From the NCBI GenBank assembly GCA_964562265.1, contig CAZLSN010000001.1, positions 1 to 63,008 of the forward strand: a DNA stretch of 63,008 nt. Reading direction: 5' to 3'. A program made the position numbers and the translations under genes. Shown in pieces: positions 36,493-45,055 of the stretch. The notes beneath the pieces are model-generated. The model searched no databases. It was not told the origin of the DNA and saw nothing but the letters and a program-made list of their open reading frames with translations. The stretch comes from an uncultured Oscillospiraceae bacterium (GTDB lineage: Bacteria; Bacillota; Clostridia; Oscillospirales; Oscillospiraceae). The stretch's first letter is position 1, and each line of letters starts with the position of its first letter.

Positions 36493-36573
36493 TTTTGCCT
36501 GCGATAGCGCCGTAATAAAAATTGCAAAGTGCATCGCAATATAAACAGACCGTCGGCAAGCGAATGGTGCAAA

Positions 36574-36616
36574 CAAAAAAGCAGCGGCACAAGGTAATTC
36601 TGCCTCATGCCGCTGC
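36574..36616 (-). terminator. Terminator after the LMW-PTP gene
   Basis: Minus strand reads GCAGCGGCA...(18-nt loop)...TGCCGCTGC followed by TTTTTTG. Confidence 0.6.
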
Positions 36617-36624
36617 GTTTGATT

Positions 36625-37074
36625 CTACAAAATTTTGTCGAGGAAGGCGGCGCAGCCCCGACTTATATCCTCATAGGCGGTGCCGAAGTCGCCGGTGTAC
36701 CATGGGTCTGCGATCTCGCGGGGAGAGTCGGTGAAGTCCAGAAGCAGGCTAACCTTGCCGTCGGGATCGCTGCCGAGTATGCGCAGTATCTCACGGCGGT
36801 TTTCCTCATCCATACCTATTATATAATCGTAACGGTCGTAATCATGCCTTGTTAGCCGTGTTGCACGACGCTGAGAGCATTCGATACCGTGCGCTTTAAG
36901 CATCAGCTCCGTTCCGAAATGAACGGGATTTCCGGTCTCCTCGGCACTTGTCGCAGCGGAGCGGATAAAAAATGTGCCATCGAGATTTTTCTTCTTCACC
37001 ATATGTCTGAGTACAAATTCCGCCATCGGTGAGCGGCATATGTTGCCGTGGCAGACGAACAATACACTTGTCAT
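36625..37074 (-). CDS. Low-molecular-weight protein-tyrosine (or arsenate-type) phosphatase
   Basis: VLFVCHGNICRSPMAE (CX5RS P-loop) and a C-terminal DP motif (IADPWY). Confidence 0.88.
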   Translation of the reverse strand: MTSVLFVCHGNICRSPMAEFVLRHMVKKKNLDGTFFIRSAATSAEETGNPVHFGTELMLKAHGIECSQRRATRLTRHDYDRYDYIIGMDEENRREILRILGSDPDGKVSLLLDFTDSPREIADPWYTGDFGTAYEDISRGCAAFLDKIL

Positions 37075-37139
37075 ACACTAACCTCTTTTCTCGCTACATG
37101 ATAAGCGAAGATACGGACCCGACTTATGATTTGCAAGAA

Positions 37140-37300
37140 AAATCGACTGTCGGTACCAAAATATGCTGCCGTTCCACTGTAGGGCGCAGGTCTAAGACCC
37201 CACCGTTTTTGCGGCGGACTCATGAGTCCACCCTACAAGGTGCCGACGCTTCTGATAACTGCGCTGCGATGAATGACATCGGAACGGTTCCTAACTTCGC
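37140..37300 (-). repeat. Mosaic intergenic repeat, copy D (inverted relative to A)
   Basis: TGTCGGTACC...GGTGCCGAC long inverted flanks enclose nested palindromes GGTCTAAGACC and GGACTCATGAGTCC. 37238-37290 is about 75% identical (by eye) to the reverse complement of 22531-22586. Confidence 0.7.
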
Positions 37301-37407
37301 CCTCAGCTTAACACTTTTGCGCGGAAAAATCTGTATACACTTTTGCGTAAATATAAAAACACTTGCGATTATCTGCGCTGCGGTGTATCATCCAATCGGG
37401 TGATATT

Positions 37408-37878
37408 ATGATAAACACAACGCTGTGCTATATTCGCCGAGGCGACGAATACCTCATGCTGCACCGCATCAAAAAGGAAAACGATCTGAACCGTGACAAA
37501 TGGATAGGCATAGGCGGAAAATTCCTTGAGGACGAAAGCCCCGATGAATGTCTGCTCCGTGAGACCCTTGAGGAGACGGGGCTTACGCTTACCGACTACC
37601 GCTATCGCGGGATAGTCACCTTTGTGAACACGAAATACCCCTCCGAGCTCATGCATCTTTTTACGGCCGACGGCTACGAGGGCGAGCTTCGGGACTGCGA
37701 CGAGGGCGTTTTGGAGTGGATAGACCGCAAAAAGCTTTTCGGGCTGACGCTTTGGGAGGGCGACAAGATATTCCTAAAGCTCCTTGAGGACGAGGACAGA
37801 CCCTTCTTCTCACTCAAGCTCAGCTACGACGGCGACGAGCTGCTTTACGCCGCACTTGACGGAAAGGTTATACGATGA
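37408..37878 (+). CDS. Nudix hydrolase (MutT/8-oxo-dGTPase-like)
   Basis: Nudix box GGKFLEDESPDECLLRETLEETGL. Start trimmed to ATG 37408. Confidence 0.82.
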   Translation: MINTTLCYIRRGDEYLMLHRIKKENDLNRDKWIGIGGKFLEDESPDECLLRETLEETGLTLTDYRYRGIVTFVNTKYPSELMHLFTADGYEGELRDCDEGVLEWIDRKKLFGLTLWEGDKIFLKLLEDEDRPFFSLKLSYDGDELLYAALDGKVIR

Positions 37879-37913
37879 CTTAAGATCCTCATATCATTTA
37901 CCGAGGTGATGAT

Positions 37914-39032
37914 ATGAGGATATTTGTTGTCGGAAGGGGAGAGGATATTGCCTCCGTATCCCGAAAAACCGCCGTTTCGATAAGTGAGCTTTGCAAGGTG
38001 AACGGTCTGCAAAAATACGAGAGAACAGCCCACGGTCAGGCGATCGTGATCCCCGAGAACGAAAGCCCGAAGGGGAGCATCGAGGTCGGGGGCTTTGCCT
38101 ACCCCGAAACGGACGGCGGCACATTGAATGCTCTGCTGCCGTATATGACGACGATAAGCCCCTTTTCGCACAGACCCACGGAGAGCGGTGAACTCATTTT
38201 GCCGGACGATGCGGGGCTTATCTCACGGGCGAAGGAACAGTCGGTCGCCGCCCTTATCACGGTTTCAAACCTCGGCGACGACGGCGGCTTTTCGGGCGAA
38301 ACGGCGCACAGGCTGTGTTCGGATAAAACGCTGCGTGATCGCTTTGCGGATAATGTGCTGCGCTGCGTTACCGAGGGCGGGAGATACGGCGCAAACCTTT
38401 ATTTTAACTACATTTACCCATATGACAGGGACGACTGCTCGGAGCTTTTGCGCCATTTGTCCGAAAGGCTCCACCGTGAGGGCAAGTTTCTTTATGCGAC
38501 GGTGGCAGCTGAGGCGGACGATGAGCGGGAGTGTGCCTTCGATCTTGCCGCACTCGGCAAATACTGCGACAGAGTGGTTATAATGAGCTGTGAGCGAGGA
38601 GGGAGCCATGCAGCTCCGCAGGCGGTGTCGTCCATAGCCGATGCCCGACGGGTGCTGTGCGATGCTGCGGCGAAATTGCCTGCGAAAAAGCTTTTGATGG
38701 GCATTTCAAATCACGGCTATTCGTGGCGATTGCCGTGGGACATCGGCGAGGAGGCGCAGCTTCTTTACGAGGATACTGCCGTGAAGATCGCGGCGGCAAC
38801 TGGAAGTGAGATAGAATTCGACGCTATAGTCGCCGCATCGCACTTTGAATACCGGGACCCTATGGGCGCAAAACGCAGTGTGTGGTTTGAGGATGTGCGC
38901 AGTTTGGCGGCAAAGCTTTCGCTTGCAAAAGAGCTTTCGATCGCGGGAATCTGCCTTTTCACACTCAGGGGATTTGGTCAAAACAGTCTTTATGTACTAA
39001 AATCAATGTTTAACACAGAAAAAATCGTTTGA
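37914..39032 (+). CDS. LysM-domain GH18-like protein (SleL/YaaH-like cortex hydrolase family); catalytic motif appears degenerate
   Basis: N-terminal LysM (GEDIASVSRKTAVSISELCKVNGL...GQAIVIP) and a GH18-like TIM barrel. The position of the DxDxE motif reads GANLYFNYI. Confidence 0.7.
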   Translation: MRIFVVGRGEDIASVSRKTAVSISELCKVNGLQKYERTAHGQAIVIPENESPKGSIEVGGFAYPETDGGTLNALLPYMTTISPFSHRPTESGELILPDDAGLISRAKEQSVAALITVSNLGDDGGFSGETAHRLCSDKTLRDRFADNVLRCVTEGGRYGANLYFNYIYPYDRDDCSELLRHLSERLHREGKFLYATVAAEADDERECAFDLAALGKYCDRVVIMSCERGGSHAAPQAVSSIADARRVLCDAAAKLPAKKLLMGISNHGYSWRLPWDIGEEAQLLYEDTAVKIAAATGSEIEFDAIVAASHFEYRDPMGAKRSVWFEDVRSLAAKLSLAKELSIAGICLFTLRGFGQNSLYVLKSMFNTEKIV

Positions 39033-39132
39033 ACGCTTTACAAAGCAGTCGAAAAAGGGTATTATTATCTAATACGGAACACCGTGTCGGCAAACGCCGA
39101 AGCTCCGTTTTGCAAAACGAGGTACTCTATAT

Positions 39133-39741
39133 ATGGCAGAAACAAACGGCAAAAGGGATTATAAAGAAGAGATAAAGCAGGAGGCGTTCGCTCTGCCGAA
39201 CCTGTTCAGCTATTTTCGGCTTGTGCTTATCCCCGTCTTTGTTGTCCTTTACCTGAAAAATTATTACTTATATGCGCTCATAACCCTTGTCGTTTCGTGG
39301 GTGAGCGATGTGGCGGACGGCTTCATAGCCCGCCGACTCAATATGGTAACGGATCTCGGCAAGGTCTTAGACCCCCTTGCGGATAAGATAACGCAGGCAG
39401 CGATGATAATTTGCGTCTCGACGACCTATCCGGCAATGTGGGTGCTGGTGGGCTTCCTTGCGGTCAAGGAGATCGCAATGATAACCATGGGCTACTATGT
39501 TCTCAAGGTGACGAACGAGCTGAACTCCGCAAGGTGGTACGGCAAGCTCTGCACCGGAGCCTTGTATGTCGTCATGATGCTACATGTGATAACCCCCGAC
39601 ATTCCCGCACCGATCTCTTACGGCTTCCTTATCGCCTGCGCCGTACTTATGATGTTTAGCCTCGTTATGTATACGCTCATGTATATGAAAAAGCTGAATA
39701 CGGCAGAAAAATCCGACAACGGCACAGATCCAAAAGAATGA
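39133..39741 (+). CDS. pgsA: CDP-diacylglycerol--glycerol-3-phosphate 3-phosphatidyltransferase (CDP-alcohol phosphatidyltransferase)
   Basis: DVADGFIARRLNMVTDLGKVLDPLADK (D-x2-DG-x2-AR...G-x3-D-x3-D). Confidence 0.85.
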   Translation: MAETNGKRDYKEEIKQEAFALPNLFSYFRLVLIPVFVVLYLKNYYLYALITLVVSWVSDVADGFIARRLNMVTDLGKVLDPLADKITQAAMIICVSTTYPAMWVLVGFLAVKEIAMITMGYYVLKVTNELNSARWYGKLCTGALYVVMMLHVITPDIPAPISYGFLIACAVLMMFSLVMYTLMYMKKLNTAEKSDNGTDPKE

Positions 39742-39804
39742 TACGATCCGGCGGGCAAAGTTGTTTCTTTGCCCGCTTTTTGTTAATACCAAAGGAGCGA
39801 CAGC

Positions 39805-41766
39805 ATGAACATCCTGATACTCGGCTACGGTGTCGGCGGAAGATACGACACTGCGGCAAAAAATATCGGAAAAGCCTTCACCGAACACGGTCACAGCGTA
39901 AGGTACGCAGACTGCCTCTCACTCACAGCCAAAAATGCGGCTGCCGAGACAAAGGGCAGAAGATTTGCGCTGCGTCACATGCCGCATATTTACGGCATTG
40001 CGGAGCTTTTTGCGGAGCAGAATACAACGCCGCCGCAGGGCAGTGCCGATGCGCTGCACCGAATGATGGAGACCGGCAAGACGGATGCCGTAATCGCCGT
40101 ACATATCACGGGAGCAAGGCTCATATCGGAGCTTAAAGCCAAGGGGCTGGAGACTCCTGTCTTCTTCTTTTCGACCGATCTTTACTGCCCCGTGGGGATA
40201 GATGAGCTTTGCGTCGATCGCATAATGCTCCCGCATGAGGCACTGCGCTCCGAGTTTATTGCAAACGGAGCGGATCCGGAAAAGCTCGTATGCACCGGAA
40301 TGCCGACGAGGAATCTCCCCGATCTCAGCCACGACGAGGCAAGGGCGGAGCTTGGCATAAAGGGTGAGGCACAGGCGGTGCTGCTCTCCGGCGGAACGCT
40401 CGGAGCGGGGCCTGTTCGCCGCTGTGTAATGAGCATAACGGATCTCTTAAAGCCAAACGACCGTCTCATCGTTCTCTGCGGCAAAAACGAAAGATTAAAG
40501 CGTGAGCTCGATATGCTGTTTTACAATGACGACCGTGTGAGCACCGTCGGCATGGCAAATCACCCCGAACGCCTGCTTGCGGCGGCGGATGTGCTTGTGA
40601 CCACGGGCAGCGGCATGATAAGTGCCGAGGCTGCGGAGCTTGCGACACCGACGGTGTATATCGATGCAATACCGGGTGCAAACTCCCGCAACATCGCATT
40701 TTTGAAAAAGCATAACACCTTCATCCGTTCGGGTGAAACGGCGGAGGCCGTTGCGCATCAGCTTTCACTGGAGCTTGCGCTGCCGCTCTCCGTTCCCGAG
40801 AGCTTCGGCGGCGGGCAAGAGTGCGTATACCGCTGTGTTAACGATATTTGCCGCCACTCGAAAAAGGCGGAGGGGCTGCGCCGTCTGCTGCTCATCATGA
40901 ATCCCGTAGCGGGCAAGATGGCGGTGTCCCGTCAGCTTGGCGGCATTCTTGAGACCTTCTCTCGAAACGGCTATATCCCGACCGTTCTGCCCACTGCGGC
41001 ATCTGGGGATGCGACACTGTTTGCCGAACGCTACGCCGATGATTTCGATCTCGTCGTCTGCTGCGGCGGCGACGGCACCATGAGCGAGACCGCTGCGGGA
41101 TTGTATAACTGCCGCAAACGCGTACCCGTGGGCTACATTCCCTGCGGCAGCACAAACGATTTTGCGGAGTACCACTCGATACCCACAGACCTCTGCTCTG
41201 CGGCAAAGCTTGCCGTCACGGGACTTGCCATGCCGGTCGATATGGGCAGGATAAACGGCCGTATATTCATAAACGCCGCCGAGTTCGGTGTGTTCACGAG
41301 AGTTGCATACGATACGCCCCAGCGCAGGAAGAACTTCCTCGGCTTCTACGCCTATGTGATAGAGGGAGTGAAAGATCTTACTAATCTGAAGAGCAAGTTC
41401 ATGCGCTTTACGGTTGACGGCGAGACCATCGAGGGCGACTTCATCTTCGGCATAGTTGCCGCAGCAAGCAATCTCACAGATTCGACGCTTGAATTTTTCG
41501 GTCAGCCGGTCATATCCGGTGACGGACTGTTTGAGCTGGTGCTGATCCGCCGTCCGAGTTCGCCGTTTGAGCTTGAGAGTATTGCCCGAAGCCTGAGGAT
41601 AAAGGACCCGAATTCAACGCTGGTATCCTTCCGACGGGGAAAGCATATCTCCGTGTGGCAGGAGGGCGAGGTCAATTGGGTGCTTGACGGCGAAAAGGTC
41701 GAGACCGAGGGCAGCTACGATATAGACATCATCCCCGGCGGCATCGACCTCATCTGCTCCCCGTGA
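39805..41766 (+). CDS. Fusion protein: N-terminal MGDG-synthase/UgtP-like glycosyltransferase (GT28-like) plus C-terminal DagK-type lipid kinase
   Basis: 653 aa. Residues 1-~350 run MNILILGYGVGGRYDTAAKNIG...VLVTTGSGMISAEAAELATPTV (GT-B glycolipid synthase-like). Residues ~357-653 run LLLIMNPVAGK...CCGGDGTMSETAAGL...IPCGSTNDFA (DAGK_cat). Domain boundary is near nt 40870. Confidence 0.75.
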   Translation: MNILILGYGVGGRYDTAAKNIGKAFTEHGHSVRYADCLSLTAKNAAAETKGRRFALRHMPHIYGIAELFAEQNTTPPQGSADALHRMMETGKTDAVIAVHITGARLISELKAKGLETPVFFFSTDLYCPVGIDELCVDRIMLPHEALRSEFIANGADPEKLVCTGMPTRNLPDLSHDEARAELGIKGEAQAVLLSGGTLGAGPVRRCVMSITDLLKPNDRLIVLCGKNERLKRELDMLFYNDDRVSTVGMANHPERLLAAADVLVTTGSGMISAEAAELATPTVYIDAIPGANSRNIAFLKKHNTFIRSGETAEAVAHQLSLELALPLSVPESFGGGQECVYRCVNDICRHSKKAEGLRRLLLIMNPVAGKMAVSRQLGGILETFSRNGYIPTVLPTAASGDATLFAERYADDFDLVVCCGGDGTMSETAAGLYNCRKRVPVGYIPCGSTNDFAEYHSIPTDLCSAAKLAVTGLAMPVDMGRINGRIFINAAEFGVFTRVAYDTPQRRKNFLGFYAYVIEGVKDLTNLKSKFMRFTVDGETIEGDFIFGIVAAASNLTDSTLEFFGQPVISGDGLFELVLIRRPSSPFELESIARSLRIKDPNSTLVSFRRGKHISVWQEGEVNWVLDGEKVETEGSYDIDIIPGGIDLICSP

Positions 41767-41800
41767 CGATTTGACGGAAAGCTGCGCTTTCCGAATGACA

Positions 41801-41870
41801 TGTTCCCTTGCGGCATATTGCGACAGTGCTTCTCCCCGAATTTTCTTCCGACAAGCGGGACGGTCGATTA
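41801..41870 (+). repeat. Mosaic intergenic repeat, copy C (truncated)
   Basis: TTCCCTTGCGGCATATTG (41803-41820, 17/18 matches to copy A) and CCGACAAGCGGGACGG (41848-41863, 16/16). Confidence 0.75.
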
Positions 41871-41877
41871 AATGCGA

Positions 41878-41906
41878 TTGAAACGGGCGGGGAAATGGTG
41901 TAGAAT
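41878..41906 (+). promoter_or_regulatory. Sigma-A type promoter for hemZ-like gene
   Basis: TTGAAA(41878-41883), 17-nt spacer, TAGAAT(41901-41906). The GTG start at 41938 is preceded by GAGGGAG. Confidence 0.6.
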
Positions 41907-41937
41907 AGTGGCAGATCACTGCCGAGGGAGAACAAAA

Positions 41938-43407
41938 GTGAAACTGTATCTTAAAGGACATGATTATAAATACGCCGCAGAGCAGATGCTTCTGACGCTG
42001 TACCCCGAGGAAAGACCGGTCTACCCCGATGGCGCACCCTGCGGCGACAGGGTCGAGATCTCGCTGCACAGGGGCGAAAAGCTCACGACGGCGTTCTGCC
42101 GCATGGTCATAAACGATGAGTCATACACGGCAAAAAGCGCGTTTAACAACGCCCTTGCAACAGACGATGTGAGCCGTGACAGCAATTGCTCACGGATAAT
42201 TAAAAACGCATTTTACAGGGCGGCACTCAGATCGGGCCACCCGGTACCGCCGTGGGGCTCACTCACCGGAGTGCGGCCCGGAAAGCTCTTCTGCGCAGCG
42301 GCAAGATCAGGCGGCGAAAGAGCTGCGGTGCGGAGCTTCCTGCGAGACTACGGCGTTTCACCCGAGCGCACGGAGCTTTGCCGCCTCACCTCAAAGGTGA
42401 CGCAAAGCGTCTCGGACGCCCTTTCGGCGGACGATGTATGCCTTTATGTCGGCATACCCTTTTGCCCGACGAGGTGCAATTATTGCAGCTTTGTAAGTCA
42501 ATCGGTCGAAAAGAGCATGAAGCTCATTCCGCCCTTCCTCGATGCCCTGATGAAGGAGATCGAAGCTCTGGGCAGAGCCGTGAAAAGCAGCGGCAAACGC
42601 ATAATTTCCGTCTACATGGGCGGAGGCACCCCAACGACTCTGAACGCAGAGCAGCTTCACAGACTGTGCTGCGCTCTTGAGACCGGCTTCGACCTTTCGG
42701 CGGTTCGGGAGTATACCGTCGAAGCGGGCAGACCCGATACGATAACGGAGGAAAAGCTTCGTGTGCTGCGCTCTCACGGGGTCGATCGTGTGAGCGTTAA
42801 CCCCCAGACCATGTGCGACGATGTGCTTAACGAGATAGGGCGCAGGCACACAGCCGCCGATGTCGTTAACGCATTGGAAAAGGTGCGCAGGGTTGGCGGT
42901 ATGGCGGTAAACATGGACCTCATTGCGGGACTGAGCGGAGACTGCGTGTCGGGCTTTGAAAAAAGCCTTGATGCGGTACTCCGTCTTGCGCCGGAGAATA
43001 TCACGGTGCATACGCTGTCACTCAAAAACGGCAGCAGGATAAGCAGACAGGGAACAAGGCTGCCCTCCGGCGACGAGGTCGGCAGGATGCTTGACGCTTC
43101 GATCAAAAGACTCACCGAGGCGGGCTATGCCCCGTACTATCTTTACCGTCAGAAGTTCATGTCCGGCGGCTTTGAAAACCTCGGCTGGGCAAAGCCGGGG
43201 TATGAGAATCTGTACAATGTCTGCATCATGGAGGAGCTTTGTCCCATCCTCGCCCTCGGCGGCGGCGGAAGCACCAAGCTCATAAGCTCATCAAACGGCA
43301 AGAGTGAACGAATATTCGCACCCAAGTACCCCACGGAGTATATATCCGGCATCGACAAGGTCTGCGCAGACAAGGAAAAGATCACGGCGTTTTTTGCGCA
43401 GGACTAA
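41938..43407 (+). CDS. hemZ: HemZ-like radical SAM protein (oxygen-independent coproporphyrinogen dehydrogenase family)
   Basis: N-terminus KLYLKGHDYKYAAEQMLLTLYPEE, radical-SAM CPTRCNYCSF and HemN-like C-domain. GTG start chosen at 41938. Confidence 0.78.
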   Translation: MKLYLKGHDYKYAAEQMLLTLYPEERPVYPDGAPCGDRVEISLHRGEKLTTAFCRMVINDESYTAKSAFNNALATDDVSRDSNCSRIIKNAFYRAALRSGHPVPPWGSLTGVRPGKLFCAAARSGGERAAVRSFLRDYGVSPERTELCRLTSKVTQSVSDALSADDVCLYVGIPFCPTRCNYCSFVSQSVEKSMKLIPPFLDALMKEIEALGRAVKSSGKRIISVYMGGGTPTTLNAEQLHRLCCALETGFDLSAVREYTVEAGRPDTITEEKLRVLRSHGVDRVSVNPQTMCDDVLNEIGRRHTAADVVNALEKVRRVGGMAVNMDLIAGLSGDCVSGFEKSLDAVLRLAPENITVHTLSLKNGSRISRQGTRLPSGDEVGRMLDASIKRLTEAGYAPYYLYRQKFMSGGFENLGWAKPGYENLYNVCIMEELCPILALGGGGSTKLISSSNGKSERIFAPKYPTEYISGIDKVCADKEKITAFFAQD

Positions 43408-43415
43408 TAAAAACG

Positions 43416-43460
43416 AAAAAACAGGCAGCGTTCCGGAATACGGAGCATTGCCTGTTTTTG
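43416..43460. terminator. Bidirectional terminator between convergent hemZ and the acyltransferase
   Basis: AAAAAACAGGCA...TGCCTGTTTTTG with an inner TCCG-gaata-CGGA stem. Confidence 0.75.
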
Positions 43461-43469
43461 TTTATGATA

Positions 43470-44435
43470 CTATGCCGATTTTTTCTTCCGCAGCAGGGCG
43501 TTCCATGCGCTTTGCAGAAGGTAAGAGATCAAAACCACGGCGGCGATGGCGGCAAGGGACGAAAGCCATTTGTCGCCGAAAAGGGGCAGAAACTTTGCGA
43601 AAAGCAGTGCGCCGACGGTCATCTGAACGCAGTAAAGCTCCAGCGATATTTTGCCCAAAAAGCCCATTACGCAGGGTCTGAATTTCGCAAACAGCGCATC
43701 GCCGAGAAAAATTATCCCCAGCGTTTCGGGTATCGCCGCAAGATAAAACATGTCGGTCAGCGGCTCGGAGAGCCTTGTGCGGAAGCCGAAGCTCCATGTG
43801 AGATACACACCCACGGCAAAAAGCAGCGCACCGACAGCACACTGCGGCACAGTGTGCCATTTGCCTTCGTGGGAGGCAAAGTATATGCCGAGAAGCACGA
43901 TGGGAATGCGCATGAGAAAGATGTTCACGGAGTGATTATCCGATACCGATTGGAGCAAAAACGCAAGTCCCGTCCAGACCGCAAGGGCGAGGATGAGTGT
44001 CTTTAAGCAGCCGAGTCTTTTTTGCAGACGAAGGTAAAATGGGCCTGCTATATACACGAGCATGACAGACGGCAAAAACCACAGAAACGATCCGCCGCCT
44101 CTTTGAATGAGAGAAATGCCGCACCAGGTTTTAAGCATGTCACCGAATGACGAAAAGCCGAGGAGGACATACACGACACCGGAGAGCAGAAAAATGGGGT
44201 AGAGCCTGAATATACGGCGTTTTAAATATGCGAAACAGTCATCCGTGCGTGAGAATACCAGTACATAGCCGGAGAGGAAAAAGAACATATCCACACCGAT
44301 GTAGGCGGTGAAGGTCACAAACTGCGACAGCGTGGCTATCGCACCACCTGTCCAAAGCACGGGAAGCAGGTGGAAGATAAGTATAAGTAAAGCCGCTACG
44401 CCAAGCAGCGGCTTTTGTGTTTTTCGTATGCTCAT
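43470..44435 (-). CDS. Acyltransferase family 3 (AT3) membrane protein, stand-alone (no SGNH domain)
   Basis: 321 aa with ~10 TM. N-terminus LLGVAALLILIFHLLPV...VDMFFFLSGYVL is typical of AT3 O-acyltransferases. ATGA overlap with the upstream lipoprotein gene. Confidence 0.78.
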   Translation of the reverse strand: MSIRKTQKPLLGVAALLILIFHLLPVLWTGGAIATLSQFVTFTAYIGVDMFFFLSGYVLVFSRTDDCFAYLKRRIFRLYPIFLLSGVVYVLLGFSSFGDMLKTWCGISLIQRGGGSFLWFLPSVMLVYIAGPFYLRLQKRLGCLKTLILALAVWTGLAFLLQSVSDNHSVNIFLMRIPIVLLGIYFASHEGKWHTVPQCAVGALLFAVGVYLTWSFGFRTRLSEPLTDMFYLAAIPETLGIIFLGDALFAKFRPCVMGFLGKISLELYCVQMTVGALLFAKFLPLFGDKWLSSLAAIAAVVLISYLLQSAWNALLRKKKSA

Positions 44436-44971
44436 CGGCCCATCGGGGTGTCGGGAACATTCTCACCGGTGAGAGCAAGCTCTTTTACCTCGGCATTGCC
44501 CATTGCGGTCTTGAAGTTCTCGCTCAGCGGCTCGATATTGCTCTCAAAGCTCATGAGAAGCATGATGTAATTCTCGGTGTAAAGCACGATGCCGGCTTCG
44601 GCGTCGGTGCATATCCACTTGCGGACATCGGCACTCTTGGAGATGTCCTCCGCGATCTCTGCCGCATCGCCGTTGGAGGTCTTTATAAGCACGAGAGAGT
44701 GCGCAACGGAGCCGATGGATGCGTCTGCGCTGACTGCCTCGATGCCGTCTCTCCACTCGGTGAAGGAAAACTGCTCAAAGTTTTCGCTTGTGAGGGGGAA
44801 GGTTTCGTAGAAGGGCAGCTCAACGCCGTCACAGATCATTTCGACCAGCTCGGCAAGATCGTAATCCTTTGCCTCGCCGCCGTCTGTTTGGGGCTTGTCC
44901 TCGCTTCCGCCGCAGGCGGTCAGGGAGAACACCATAAGTGCTGCAAGCAGCATAGCAATAAATCTTTTCAT
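44432..44971 (-). CDS. DUF4358-like lipoprotein
   Basis: Lipobox VFSLTACGG. The core SVAHSLVLIKTSNGDAAEIAEDISKSADVRKW...IVLYTENYIMLLMS resembles DUF4358. Start trimmed to ATG 44971. Confidence 0.6.
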   Translation of the reverse strand: MKRFIAMLLAALMVFSLTACGGSEDKPQTDGGEAKDYDLAELVEMICDGVELPFYETFPLTSENFEQFSFTEWRDGIEAVSADASIGSVAHSLVLIKTSNGDAAEIAEDISKSADVRKWICTDAEAGIVLYTENYIMLLMSFESNIEPLSENFKTAMGNAEVKELALTGENVPDTPMGR

Positions 44972-45007
44972 TTCATATACCTCATTTTTGATTTTTTGTT
45001 GTTCGTA

Positions 45008-45038
45008 TATATAACGAACGAATGGGGCGAAATGTCGG
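45008..45038 (-). promoter_or_regulatory. ECF-type promoter motif, copy 1 (upstream of the DUF4358-AT3 operon)
   Basis: Minus strand reads CCGACATTTCG-N9-TTCGTTATATA (GACA-N16-CGTT). Both 11-nt blocks and the spacing are identical to the copy at 46174-46204. Confidence 0.65.
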
Positions 45039-45055
45039 ATGATTTTCAAAAAATT

